64,000 nt of DNA from Candidatus Omnitrophota bacterium (GTDB lineage Bacteria; Omnitrophota; Gorgyraeia; Gygaellales; Profunditerraquicolaceae). The stretch's first letter is position 1. Every line of letters begins with the position of its first letter. The translations under genes were made by a program, and so were the position numbers. Below, one piece after another: positions 45,357-55,382 of the stretch. The stretch covers positions 1,692-65,691 of the forward strand of contig JAPLLS010000035.1 in the NCBI GenBank assembly GCA_026387435.1. Reading direction: 5' to 3'. The notes below the pieces were generated by a model. It did not search any database, was not told the DNA's origin, and saw only the letters and a list, made by a program, of their open reading frames with translations.

Positions 45357-46711
45357 CAGCTCTCCTTTTTTATCCATTTCGCTAAACGCTTTTTGGTACG
45401 AATTTTCCCCAGGCAGCATATCAGCTCAAAAAGACCCGGCCCTACGGTTTTTCCGGTCAACGCCACCCGAATCGGATGGATCAGCGCTTTGGCTTCGATG
45501 GCTAACTCAGCGACCAGCTGGCGAAAAGTTTCTTCAATCTCCGGGACTTCGAACTTTTCCAGTTTTTCCAGCCGTTCGGAAAACAGTAAAAATTCTCTAG
45601 ACAGATCCCGGCTCAAAAATTTCTCCACAGCCTTGGGGTCTACCGGAAAATCATCGAGAAAGAAAAAATCAGCCCGCTCAAAAAAGTCGCTTAATACCGT
45701 CAACCGTGCTTGTAACAATTTTACCAAAGAAAGCAGATAATTCCTATCAAAATTATCTTTAGCGATCCAATTCCTGGCGGCCAGTTCCGGAACAAGCGCA
45801 TCCACGAGTTTCTGAGGGTCTTCGTTCTTGAGATACTGATTATTCAACCAACTGAGCTTATCCATGTCCAGGATTGCCGCGGTCTTATTGATGTGATGGA
45901 TATCGAAAAGCTTGACCGCCTCATTAATATCCAGGATCTCCCGGTTCTCTCCGGGCGACCAGCCCAAAAGCATCAGAAAATTAACCAGGGATTTAGCCAG
46001 ATACCCCATATCCCGGTATTCGGAAATAGCGGTAGCGCCTTTTCTCTTGGAAAGCCGGCCGCCCTCTTTAGCCAGGATCAGAGGTAAGTGCGCGAATTTC
46101 GGAATTGCCAGACCCAAAGCCCGGTATAAGAGTATTTGTTTCGGGGTATTGGAAATATGGTCGTCGCCCCGGATGATATGGGTCAGGTTCATCAGCGAAT
46201 CGTCGACAACGCAGGCGAAATTATAGGTCGGAGAGCCGTCGGATTTTATGAGCACCTGGTCCTTGATCACCGAGGTATCGAACTCGATTCCGCCGCGGAT
46301 CATATCTTCGATCTGGACTTTGCCCGGCAAAACTTTGAGGATGATCGCCTGGCCTTCGCCCTTAGGATGAGCTTCTCCGGGGGCCGAAACCTGTTCTTCG
46401 CCTGTTTCCGCAGTTAGTTTATCCGCCTTATAAGCCTTACCTTGCGAAAGCAGCTTCTCGGCGTATTCCTTATATATATTGAAGCGCTCGCTCTGATAAT
46501 AGATCTCATCCCAGTCCAACCCCAGCCACTTCAGGCTGAAAAGGATCTCCTCCAGGTATTCCTTCTTGGAGCGTAAAGTATCCGTATCCTCGATCCTCAA
46601 AATAAATTTTCCGCCCTGCGATTTAGCGTAAAGCCAGTTGAACAAGGCTGTACGGGCCCCCCCGATATGCAGATTACCCGTAGGGCTGGGAGCGAAACGG
46701 ACTCTGACCAT
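45356..46711 (-). CDS. gltX: Glutamate--tRNA ligase
   Basis: 451 aa; MVRVRFAPSPTGNLHIGGARTALFNWLYAK…ILRIEDTD… and KLSKRKG (KMSKS). Confidence 0.9.
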   Translation of the reverse strand: MVRVRFAPSPTGNLHIGGARTALFNWLYAKSQGGKFILRIEDTDTLRSKKEYLEEILFSLKWLGLDWDEIYYQSERFNIYKEYAEKLLSQGKAYKADKLTAETGEEQVSAPGEAHPKGEGQAIILKVLPGKVQIEDMIRGGIEFDTSVIKDQVLIKSDGSPTYNFACVVDDSLMNLTHIIRGDDHISNTPKQILLYRALGLAIPKFAHLPLILAKEGGRLSKRKGATAISEYRDMGYLAKSLVNFLMLLGWSPGENREILDINEAVKLFDIHHINKTAAILDMDKLSWLNNQYLKNEDPQKLVDALVPELAARNWIAKDNFDRNYLLSLVKLLQARLTVLSDFFERADFFFLDDFPVDPKAVEKFLSRDLSREFLLFSERLEKLEKFEVPEIEETFRQLVAELAIEAKALIHPIRVALTGKTVGPGLFELICCLGKIRTKKRLAKWIKKES

Positions 46712-47269
46712 TTAAAGCACCTCAATCTTCCCGGGCTGTTTTACCAGCCCCATACCTTCTTTTAAAGCCGCGATGTTTTGCCGGAGCAATTCTGGTTTAT
46801 CTTTAGGGACCGTAGCCTCGATCACTTCTAAAACCGTCTTATCTCTGACCAGGCCGGTTTTGGCCACAAAAGCGCCCAGGGCGACCATGTTCGCGACCTT
46901 GATGCTGCCCAGCTTGAACGCGGTGTCGGTAAAAGGGATCTTCTCAATTGCCGCTTTAGCCTGCGAAGTATCGCCTGCCAGAGAACCGTTGACCAGGATT
47001 ATCCCTTTAGCCTTGACCTGGTTCTTAAACCGCACAAAGGAAGGCTCATTGAAAATTATTAAAGTGTCCGCCTCGGTAATAAGCGGAGACCCTATTTCCT
47101 CGTCGGAAACTATAACCATGCAATTAGCGGTCCCTCCCCTGACTTCCGCGCCGTATGCCGGCAGCCAGGTCACGAATTTCTTCTCAAGCATGGCCGCTTC
47201 GGCAATGATCTTGCCCAGAAGCATAACCCCTTGCCCGCCGTAGCCGGCTATTATGATCTTATTTGTCAT
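46712..47269 (-). CDS. 2-oxoacid:ferredoxin oxidoreductase gamma subunit
   Basis: 185 aa; IIIAGYGGQGVMLLGKIIAEAA. Confidence 0.8.
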   Translation of the reverse strand: MTNKIIIAGYGGQGVMLLGKIIAEAAMLEKKFVTWLPAYGAEVRGGTANCMVIVSDEEIGSPLITEADTLIIFNEPSFVRFKNQVKAKGIILVNGSLAGDTSQAKAAIEKIPFTDTAFKLGSIKVANMVALGAFVAKTGLVRDKTVLEVIEATVPKDKPELLRQNIAALKEGMGLVKQPGKIEVL

Positions 47270-47994
47270 TTTATTCTTCCTAAGGGGAACTCTTTAGACA
47301 TCACATCCTTAATCCAGGCCATCGATTTTACCGGAGATAATCCCCAATAAGTAGGACAGGGAGATAAAACCTCCACCAGGGAAAAACCAGCCTTATTTAT
47401 CTGGTTCTCGAATGCCAGCTTGATCGCTTTTTTCGCTTTGATAATTTCGGTGGGCGATTGCAAAGATACCCGTTCTACATAACAAACCCCGGGCAATTGA
47501 GTTAACAGCTCGGAGATCTTCAAAGGATACCCTTGAATTTTCACGTCCCGGCCTAAGGGGGTAGTCGCGGTCTTCTGGCCGGCAAGGGTAGTAGGCGCCA
47601 TCTGCCCTCCGGTCATGCCGTAAACGGCGTTGTTGATAAATATTACCGTAAGATTCTCCCCGCGGTTGGCGGCATGGATAGTTTCATTGGTGCCGATCGC
47701 CGCCAGATCGCCGTCGCCCTGATAGGTAAAGACTATATTTTGCGGCCGTACTCTTTTGATGGCGGTAGCCACGGCCAAAGCTCTTCCGTGCGCGGCCTCC
47801 GTGCAGTCAAAATCCCAGTAATCATAGGCCAGCACCGCGCAGCCGACAGGAGCAATGGCGATTACGCTCTCCCGGATAGCCAGCTCGTCTATAACCTGGC
47901 AGACAAGCTTATGGGCGATGCCGTGGCCGCAGCCCGGGCAGTAATGCGTTGTTGTATTGCGCAGAGATCCAGGATGTGCGTAAATTTTATCCAT
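47266..47994 (-). CDS. 2-oxoacid:ferredoxin oxidoreductase beta subunit (TPP-binding)
   Basis: 242 aa; CPGCGHGIA…YQGDGD…GMTGGQ. Confidence 0.85.
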   Translation of the reverse strand: MDKIYAHPGSLRNTTTHYCPGCGHGIAHKLVCQVIDELAIRESVIAIAPVGCAVLAYDYWDFDCTEAAHGRALAVATAIKRVRPQNIVFTYQGDGDLAAIGTNETIHAANRGENLTVIFINNAVYGMTGGQMAPTTLAGQKTATTPLGRDVKIQGYPLKISELLTQLPGVCYVERVSLQSPTEIIKAKKAIKLAFENQINKAGFSLVEVLSPCPTYWGLSPVKSMAWIKDVMSKEFPLGRIK

Positions 47995-47997
47995 ATT

Positions 47998-49053
47998 TTA
48001 TTTCTCTAGTTTTTTTATCGCGGCGATTATCTCGCCCTCCGCAGGTATTGCCCCGCCGGCCCGGCCAAAGAATTCCACCGGCCTCGAGCAATTTACGGCG
48101 AGCTTCACATCTTCCACCATTTGCCCGTAGGACATCTCCACGACCAGATATTTTACTTTTTTCCTTGTCTGTTTCGCAAAAGCTTTCACTGGAAAAGGCC
48201 AGAGGCTAATCGGACGGATCAACCCGACTTTTTTGTTTTTTTGCCGGAACTGCCGGATAACACTCTTAATGATCCTGGCCATCCCGCCGTAGGCCACGAC
48301 AATAATTTCAGCGTCGTCTGTAAATTGCTCTTCCCAGCGCTGCTCTTTTTCCTGGGCGGCTTTATATTTTTTTTGTAATTTCAGATTCAATTCTTCAAGC
48401 GCCCCGTCTTTAAGCAACAATGACCGGATTATATTCGCCGGCCTTCCCTGGCAACCAATCAAAGCCCAGGGCTTGGGGTAATGGATGACTTTGCCGGGCT
48501 TAAGCGAAAGCGGCTCCATCATCTGCCCGAGCATGCCGTCTCCTAAGATCATCACCGGGTTGCGGTATTTATCCGCCAGATCAAAAGCGTCGAACATTAA
48601 ACCATACGCTTCTTCTACCGACGAAGGACTTAAAACGATGGAATGATAATCCCCGTGGCCCCCGCCTTTGGTAGCTTGAAAATAATCTGATTGCGAAGGG
48701 GCGATATTGCCCAGCCCCGGGCCGCCGCGCATAATATTCACGATTACCGCCGGCAATTCCGCCCCGGCCAGATATGATATTCCTTCCTGCTTTAAGCTTA
48801 TACCCGGGCTGGAAGAAGAAGTCATTGCCCGCACTCCCGCAGCGCTGGCACCGAAAACCATGTTTATCGCCGCTAACTCCGATTCCGCCTGGATGAAAAC
48901 CCGGTTGTTTTCCGGCATGTTTTTAGCCATGTACGCGGTCAGCTCGTTCTGGGGAGTTATGGGATACCCGGCATAAAAACCGCAGCCGGCCCGGATCGCC
49001 GCTTCGGCGATCGCTTCGTTTCCCGTCATTAAGATTCTGCTTTTATCAGCCAT
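47998..49053 (-). CDS. 2-oxoacid:ferredoxin oxidoreductase alpha subunit
   Basis: 351 aa; family features and position between the delta and beta subunits. Confidence 0.8.
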   Translation of the reverse strand: MADKSRILMTGNEAIAEAAIRAGCGFYAGYPITPQNELTAYMAKNMPENNRVFIQAESELAAINMVFGASAAGVRAMTSSSSPGISLKQEGISYLAGAELPAVIVNIMRGGPGLGNIAPSQSDYFQATKGGGHGDYHSIVLSPSSVEEAYGLMFDAFDLADKYRNPVMILGDGMLGQMMEPLSLKPGKVIHYPKPWALIGCQGRPANIIRSLLLKDGALEELNLKLQKKYKAAQEKEQRWEEQFTDDAEIIVVAYGGMARIIKSVIRQFRQKNKKVGLIRPISLWPFPVKAFAKQTRKKVKYLVVEMSYGQMVEDVKLAVNCSRPVEFFGRAGGAIPAEGEIIAAIKKLEK

Positions 49054-49057
49054 ATTT

Positions 49058-49306
49058 TTATTTATAAACCTCGATGCAGCAATCCGGACAAATAATCGCG
49101 CAAAAACTGCATCCTAAACAATCACCTTTGTCTTCAAAGGTAACGGGATTAACGCCTTTTTTATTCAATGTTTTCTCGGCCTTGATCCTGGCCTTGGGGC
49201 AAACCCCGACACAAAGAAAACACCCTTTACATTTTTCTTTATCTATGGTTATCTTAGCCATTTTTAAGCAACTCTTTCTTGGCCCGGTTGGCAATGCCCT
49301 GGGCAT
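49058..49306 (-). CDS. 2-oxoacid:ferredoxin oxidoreductase delta subunit (2x[4Fe-4S] ferredoxin); the true start is probably the internal MAKITIDKEKC at ~49261
   Basis: CKGCFLCVGVCP and CLGCSFCAIICP. Gene order delta-alpha-beta-gamma. Confidence 0.75.
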   Translation of the reverse strand: MPRALPTGPRKSCLKMAKITIDKEKCKGCFLCVGVCPKARIKAEKTLNKKGVNPVTFEDKGDCLGCSFCAIICPDCCIEVYK

Positions 49307-51116
49307 CCAGGCCGTAAAGCGAGAGCAATAATTCCCGCTTACCGTGGGGAATAAACTGGTCGGGCAATCCGATCTTGGCTACCTCGACATCCAGGATCTC
49401 AGCCAAGGCGCTGCCAAAGCCTCCGCTGGCAATGCCGTCTTCCACGGTAAGGACCAGCTGGCAATTTTTAGTTGCCGCCTTAAACGCCCGATCATCCAGG
49501 GGCTTGACAAAACGCGCGTTAATTATTGTTGGAAAAATATTTTCTTTGGCCAGAATATCCGCCGCATCTATTGCGGCCTGGACCTGAGATCCCAAGGCAA
49601 ATATTGCCAGACCTCTGCCCTCTCTTAAAACTTCGGGCTTGCCCATTTCGAGCTTAGTTTTCGATATCTGCGAAACCGGCACTTGAGAACGAGGATATCT
49701 TATGGCCACCGGCTTATCCAGACTCAAAGCCAATTCCAGCATCCGTTTCAGATCTTCTTCGTCGGCCGGAGCCATGATCGTTAAATTCGGCAGGCCGCGC
49801 AAAAAATTAATATCGAACCCGCCCTGATGGGTCTTTCCGTCTTCTCCGACGATTCCGGCCCGGTCCACGCACAAAACCACCGGCAAATTCTGCAAACAAA
49901 CCTCTTCGATGACCTGGTCATACGCCCTCTGCAGGAAAGTCGAATAGAGCGCCACCACCGGCTTAAACCCTCCGGCAGCCAAACCGGCCGCGAAACAAAC
50001 CGCATGCGCCTCGGCGATCCCGACATCAAAAAACCTGGCCGGATATAAATCCCGGAATTTATCCAAACCCGTGCCTTCGGGCATGGCTGCGGTGATTGAG
50101 ACTATTTTTTTATCTTTGGCCGCCAGCTCGACCAGCTTTTCGCTGAAAACCCGGGTATAAGATTTTCTTGCCGGCTGATCCGGACAAACCGGGCTGCCGT
50201 CTTTGATATTAAAAGATCCCACGCCATGGAACCTGACCGGATCGATTTCCGCCGGCGGATAACCTTTGCCTTTTTTAGTAATAATATGAAGGAACCGCGG
50301 CCCCTTGAAGCTGAGAATATTTTTTAGGGTCGGGATCAAAACGTTCAGATTGTGTCCGTCCAACGGCCCGAAATAACGAAAACCCAGCTCTTCAAAAAGC
50401 ATGCCCGGAATAAAAAGCCCTTTAAGCCCTTCTTCAAATCTATTGGCCAGTTTGATGATCCGGCCCCCTTTAGGTACCCGGGAATTGATAAAACTTTCCA
50501 GATTGCCGCGGAAACGGTTATAGATCGGCAAAGAAATTATCTTATTAAGATAAACGCTTATCGCTCCCACGTTGGGAGCGATACTCAATTCATTGGTGTT
50601 GAGGATGACCAAAATATCTTTTTTCAGATGGCCGACATTATTAAGTCCTTCGAAACACAAGCCCCCGCTTAACGACCCGTCGCCGATCACTGCCACGACC
50701 CGGAAATAATCCTGGACGGGTAACATATCCCTGGCGCAAGCCAGCCCCAAGGCCTGGGATACCGCGTTGGAACTATGGCCGGAAGTAAAAACGTCGAATT
50801 CCGATTCCTCGCGGCAGGGAAAACCGCTTAATCCCTGATACTGCCTTAAGGTATTAAACCTATTGTTGCGGCCGGTAAGGATCTTATGGGCGTAAGCTTG
50901 GTGGCCGACGTCAAAAATGATCTTATCCCTGGGCGTGTTTAAACAAAAATGCAAAGCGATGATCAACTCCACCGCGCCGAGGCTGGAAGCAAGATGTCCT
51001 CCGTTATGAGAAACCACCTCGACCATGCGCTGCCTGACTTCTTCAGCCAGCAAAGCCAGCGACTCGGGGCTCAGTTTTTTAATATCCTCAATGGAATTTA
51101 TTTTCTCCAGGATCAT
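49254..51116 (-). CDS. dxs: 1-deoxy-D-xylulose-5-phosphate synthase
   Basis: 620 aa; …GGHLASSLGAVELIIALHFCLNTPRDKIIFDVGHQAYAHKILTGR…. Confidence 0.9.
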   Translation of the reverse strand: MILEKINSIEDIKKLSPESLALLAEEVRQRMVEVVSHNGGHLASSLGAVELIIALHFCLNTPRDKIIFDVGHQAYAHKILTGRNNRFNTLRQYQGLSGFPCREESEFDVFTSGHSSNAVSQALGLACARDMLPVQDYFRVVAVIGDGSLSGGLCFEGLNNVGHLKKDILVILNTNELSIAPNVGAISVYLNKIISLPIYNRFRGNLESFINSRVPKGGRIIKLANRFEEGLKGLFIPGMLFEELGFRYFGPLDGHNLNVLIPTLKNILSFKGPRFLHIITKKGKGYPPAEIDPVRFHGVGSFNIKDGSPVCPDQPARKSYTRVFSEKLVELAAKDKKIVSITAAMPEGTGLDKFRDLYPARFFDVGIAEAHAVCFAAGLAAGGFKPVVALYSTFLQRAYDQVIEEVCLQNLPVVLCVDRAGIVGEDGKTHQGGFDINFLRGLPNLTIMAPADEEDLKRMLELALSLDKPVAIRYPRSQVPVSQISKTKLEMGKPEVLREGRGLAIFALGSQVQAAIDAADILAKENIFPTIINARFVKPLDDRAFKAATKNCQLVLTVEDGIASGGFGSALAEILDVEVAKIGLPDQFIPHGKRELLLSLYGLDAQGIANRAKKELLKNG

Positions 51117-51119
51117 ATT

Positions 51120-51356
51120 TTATTCTTCCGTCTTGACAGAATCTAAAGGCTTGAATTCGAACTCGCCTTTTTTATTCTTGACCAAAACATCGATTTTCTT
51201 TTTGGCGCTGTCGAGCTTTGACGAACAGGTTCGGGAAAGCTCAATGCCCTCCTGATATTTTTTCAGCGCTTCATCCAGGGATAAATCGCCGTTTTCCAAG
51301 TCCTCCACGATCTTCTCCAGTTTCTTCAATGCTTCCTCGAACTTTATCTCTGCCAT
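51120..51356 (-). CDS. xseB: Exodeoxyribonuclease VII small subunit
   Basis: 78 aa; FEEALKKLEKIVEDLENGDLSLDEALKKYQEGIEL. Confidence 0.85.
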   Translation of the reverse strand: MAEIKFEEALKKLEKIVEDLENGDLSLDEALKKYQEGIELSRTCSSKLDSAKKKIDVLVKNKKGEFEFKPLDSVKTEE

Positions 51357-51357
51357 C

Positions 51358-52701
51358 TCAACTGACCTCCGTCACTTTGCTGGTTATTTCTCCCTGATAA
51401 ACCTTAGTCCTGATTTCTTGCCCAGTCGATACGCTCTTAGAGTCTTTAATGATCTTCCCGTCGGAAAGCCTGAAAGTAACGCTGTAGCCGCGGGAAAGGA
51501 TATTCAAAGGATTCAGGCTGGAAAGATTCTCGATTATCCCCTTAAACACGCTGTCTTTCAAATTTACTAAATGCTGCGCGCGCACATAGATCTGGCGGGC
51601 CAGATCCGCAAGCTTGGCCTGATAAAGCTCCAGCTTAACCACCGGGTTAAGTAAAGACAGCTTCTTTACATTGGCATCCAGCCGGTTGGTGTTTATTTCC
51701 CAGGCATGCTCCGCAGCAATTTTCAAACGATGAGCCAGATCCAGGACTTGGTTCCGCGAAGCTGTTATTGCGTCGCTAAAATCCTGTTTCAGGCTGGCAA
51801 TCAACTCTTCGAGTTTCCGGCGCAGGTCTTCCTGGCGAGGGATAACCAACTCCGCGGCTACCGAAGGGGTCGCGGCGCGCAGATCCGCCACCAGATCGGC
51901 GATGGTTACGTCGCGCTCATGGCCGACAGCCGAGATTACCGGTATGGTTGAATTGTAGATCGAGCGGGCCACGATTTCTTCGTTAAAAGCCCAGAGATCC
52001 TCGATACTGCCGCCGCCCCGGCCGACGATCAAAACCTCCACTTTTTCCCCTTCAGGAAGCTGATCATTAAGCCGGTTAAAATCTTCGACGGCCTGGGCTA
52101 TTTCTTCTTTGGCGCCCTCTCCCTGGACTTTGACCGGATTGATAATAATATGCACGTCTTTAAACCGGCGGTCTAGGACCTTAAGAATGTCTTTGATGGC
52201 CGCGCCGGTCAGAGAAGTCACCACCCCGATTTTCGCCGGCAAATAAGGAATAGGCTTTTTGTGCTCAAGGGCGAAAAATCCCTCTTTCTCAAGCTTGGCT
52301 TTAAGTTGCTCCAAGGCCAGTTGAAGCCCGCCGATGCCCTTGGGCTCGACCTTTTCGATGATCAAGCTGTATTTACCGTGCGGCGGATAAACGCTGATCC
52401 GGCCTAAACAAATAACCTTAAGGCCGTTTTCCAGCTTGAACTTTACATCTTTTGTCGACCGGCTGAATATGGCTGCGGAAAGAACTGCCTCCTGATCGTT
52501 TTCCCGGTCTTTCAAAGAAAAATACCAGTGGCCTGCGCTCGAGGCGGTAAAATTAGAAACCTCGCCTTCCACCCAGACAGAGCCAAAAGCGCCTTCCAGC
52601 AAAACCTTGATTTCCCGGGTGACTTCGCTTACCGTAAAAACATGGCGGCTGTTTTTGAACTCGGCGCTTGAGCTGAATAAATCCGTAATTTCTTCGGTCA
52701 T
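51358..52701 (-). CDS. xseA: Exodeoxyribonuclease VII large subunit
   Basis: 447 aa; N-terminal OB-fold (…VWVEGEVSNF…) and a catalytic core. Confidence 0.85.
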   Translation of the reverse strand: MTEEITDLFSSSAEFKNSRHVFTVSEVTREIKVLLEGAFGSVWVEGEVSNFTASSAGHWYFSLKDRENDQEAVLSAAIFSRSTKDVKFKLENGLKVICLGRISVYPPHGKYSLIIEKVEPKGIGGLQLALEQLKAKLEKEGFFALEHKKPIPYLPAKIGVVTSLTGAAIKDILKVLDRRFKDVHIIINPVKVQGEGAKEEIAQAVEDFNRLNDQLPEGEKVEVLIVGRGGGSIEDLWAFNEEIVARSIYNSTIPVISAVGHERDVTIADLVADLRAATPSVAAELVIPRQEDLRRKLEELIASLKQDFSDAITASRNQVLDLAHRLKIAAEHAWEINTNRLDANVKKLSLLNPVVKLELYQAKLADLARQIYVRAQHLVNLKDSVFKGIIENLSSLNPLNILSRGYSVTFRLSDGKIIKDSKSVSTGQEIRTKVYQGEITSKVTEVS

Positions 52702-52713
52702 CTTTCCAATCCA

Positions 52714-54558
52714 CTATTTAGCGGAAGTCGCGGTTGCATTCTGCAAGGCTTGCGAAACGGTCGTGTTAGTTGTCTCAATTACAGCTTCTTTTTTCTCCGG
52801 CGCGGCTATCGGCATTGGAGAAACTTCCAGCTCTTCGGGCTTCGGCGTTGGGGCAACTTTCAACTCAACGGGTTTAGGCTTTAAGATTATCAAATGCACC
52901 GAATAAGGCTTCAGGGTCAGCTTCTCCCCGTAAGCCCCTTCGCTAAAAGTAATGCTTTTTTCCTCTACCGGGGCAAATTCACAGTTAAATCCGCAAGCGG
53001 AATCTATTGAGTACCGGGTATACAAATAATCGTTTTTTAGATTCTTGATCTCTAGTTTCAACTGCCGCGGTAGATCGATTAAGCGCTGCGAGGATTCAAA
53101 AACATCCAGAGATCTCTTCAGCAGGTTTTTGGTTTTTCCCGGGGTCCGGAGAGAATTGATATCTACCTCCTTGCGCTTGATTTTTTCCAGAACGTCCGAT
53201 TTAACTATATCCAAGAGCGCCTTTCTTTCCCCGTCCCCCAGAGTGGCGATGTTGCGGGAAAGAAAACTCCTGAGGATATCCGGGTCGATATAATTATAAA
53301 TCAGGATCGCGAAGTTATCTTCCGAGCGCGTGGCAACCATGCCCACGAACTCATCGTTTATCTTGGAAGGCGAAATGTACATGGCCGAGCCGAGCTTTGC
53401 GAGCATTCTGAAAACGTTATAGATAACCTTGCTGCCGCCGGCATACCCGGCCTCGGAGGGCTCGAACCAGAAAGCGCCGACATTCCTGGCTACCCCTTCC
53501 AAATTGTCCTGAAAATCTTCCAGCGAGAAAAATAACTGATAATTAATATCGGCTTCGTACATGCGGCGAAGCCGGGCGGGAATAAAGCTCGCCCCGACAT
53601 AAGCCTTTTCTTTTCTTTCGGCCAAAACGTTCTGCCCGCTATCGTAGTTCCATTCATCAACGATCAAAGGCATATCCTTGGGAAAACTAAAATAAGACAG
53701 CCAGTCCCGCAAAAGCGCAACGGAAGTCTTATTGTAAATGGTCATTTCTTTTTCCGTCCGGGGGTCGGTGGAATATGCATGCCAGGAGATAAAATCCAGC
53801 GGAAGCTTATAATGATAACAGAACTTGATCAGTTCATAGATCAAACTTTTTTCCGGTGTGATCACGGTGTTGCCTTCGCTGTTTCGAAACCACCAGCTTG
53901 AAGACGGACCGCCCAAAGGGATATGGATCCTGTATTCCGATTCCAATTCCCGGACAGCCTCTGCCACCGCCTTGTAAAGGCCGAGGTATTCCTGCTGCCG
54001 GCCCAAAAAGAAAATATCCAGATCCGGCGCGGTCCAAACCTCATACCAGATATTATATTTTTTTTCGCAGCTTAAATGGCGGATGTAATTTTTTACCAGC
54101 GCCTTGAAGGCTTTCGGGTCAACCGGAGAGCTCTTCTTGTCCAAAACCTTACCCTGGCCCTGAGGAGTACTGAAAATATCCAGAATCACAATTTGCCCGG
54201 CGTCGCTTATTTTTTTGATAATCGATTCGTAGTTGGCGAGCAATTTCCTCTGCAGCTGAAGGTTTTTCTTCAACTGGCCGATCTCCCAGAGGTTATACTG
54301 CAGCCGGTACATCCCTTTAAACCCGATGTCTGAATTCCAGCGCTCGATCACCTCGCGGCTAGCCAATTCCTGGGGCCAGGTCAACTCGCTATTAAAACCA
54401 CGGCCGCTTAAATCCATAGCCGGAGAAAAAATAGCCGGCAGCGCTATCGTGCTGGATGACGTATCCAGAGTAAACTCCAGATCAACATCTTCAGCCTTAG
54501 CGTACCCGAAAAATAAGAGTATTACTCCGAGGATTATAAAATATTTTTTTAGATCCAT
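52714..54558 (-). CDS. Secreted protein, putative TIM-barrel glycoside hydrolase-like, with a Pro/Lys/Glu-rich C-terminal linker
   Basis: 614 aa with a signal peptide. It contains …DEWNYDSGQNV… and a C-terminal PKPVELKVAPTPKPEELEV. The family could not be resolved by eye. Confidence 0.3.
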   Translation of the reverse strand: MDLKKYFIILGVILLFFGYAKAEDVDLEFTLDTSSSTIALPAIFSPAMDLSGRGFNSELTWPQELASREVIERWNSDIGFKGMYRLQYNLWEIGQLKKNLQLQRKLLANYESIIKKISDAGQIVILDIFSTPQGQGKVLDKKSSPVDPKAFKALVKNYIRHLSCEKKYNIWYEVWTAPDLDIFFLGRQQEYLGLYKAVAEAVRELESEYRIHIPLGGPSSSWWFRNSEGNTVITPEKSLIYELIKFCYHYKLPLDFISWHAYSTDPRTEKEMTIYNKTSVALLRDWLSYFSFPKDMPLIVDEWNYDSGQNVLAERKEKAYVGASFIPARLRRMYEADINYQLFFSLEDFQDNLEGVARNVGAFWFEPSEAGYAGGSKVIYNVFRMLAKLGSAMYISPSKINDEFVGMVATRSEDNFAILIYNYIDPDILRSFLSRNIATLGDGERKALLDIVKSDVLEKIKRKEVDINSLRTPGKTKNLLKRSLDVFESSQRLIDLPRQLKLEIKNLKNDYLYTRYSIDSACGFNCEFAPVEEKSITFSEGAYGEKLTLKPYSVHLIILKPKPVELKVAPTPKPEELEVSPMPIAAPEKKEAVIETTNTTVSQALQNATATSAK

Positions 54559-55346
54559 GGCGTATTTGCGAGTTTTCTCTGGATCCTGGTGATCTTTTGG
54601 GCATGGCCGGTCCGTTCATCGATCTCCACCACCGCGCCGCAAAGCTGGATATTGCCTTCGGCGACCTCGAAGCGCACCGGCACGTGGGTAAGAAACCGCT
54701 CCATCACATCTTCCACCCTGCGGCCGATCACCGAATCATACGGCCCGGTCATCCCGGCGTCAGTCAGATACGCGGTTCCTTCCGGCAAAATCCGCTCATC
54801 CGCGGTCTGGATATGAGTATGCGTACCCAGGACCGCCGAAACCTTACCCTGCAGGTACCAGCCCAGAGCGACTTTCTCCGAAGTGGCCTCAGCGTGTATA
54901 TCGACAAGAATCACATTGGTTTCTTTAGTTATGGCCTCAACCGCGGCCATTGTAGTCCGGAAAGGGCATTCGAGAGCGTCCATAAAAACTCTGCCCAATA
55001 CACAGATCACTCCTACCTTCCGGCCTTTTTGCGTCGTGAAAACGCCGTATCCCGCCCCCGCAGCCGTAGAAGGAAAATTGTTCGGCCGCAATATCCGACG
55101 CTCTGTCTTAATCAGTTCGAATATTTCTTTTTTCTTCCAGATATGGTCGCCGGATGTCAGAACGTCCACCGAGCTGTCGAAGAGCTCCTGGGCGATCTTG
55201 GCGGTAATCCCAGAGCCGCCGGCGGCATTCTCGGCATTGACCACCACGAAATCCAGGTCGAATTCTTTCCTCAGCCCGGGCAGCAATGATTTGATCGCCT
55301 CCCGGCCGGGATTACCCACAACATCGCCGATAAATAGTATATTCAT
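54549..55346 (-). CDS. ymdB: YmdB-family metallophosphoesterase (TIGR00282; 2',3'-cyclic nucleotide phosphodiesterase)
   Basis: 265 aa; MNILFIGDVVGNPGR…VVVNAENAAGG…. It is adjacent to rny. Confidence 0.8.
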   Translation of the reverse strand: MNILFIGDVVGNPGREAIKSLLPGLRKEFDLDFVVVNAENAAGGSGITAKIAQELFDSSVDVLTSGDHIWKKKEIFELIKTERRILRPNNFPSTAAGAGYGVFTTQKGRKVGVICVLGRVFMDALECPFRTTMAAVEAITKETNVILVDIHAEATSEKVALGWYLQGKVSAVLGTHTHIQTADERILPEGTAYLTDAGMTGPYDSVIGRRVEDVMERFLTHVPVRFEVAEGNIQLCGAVVEIDERTGHAQKITRIQRKLANTPWI

Positions 55347-55382
55347 CCTATTCCTTGAAACCCACCCCAGGGGTGGGGCTGG

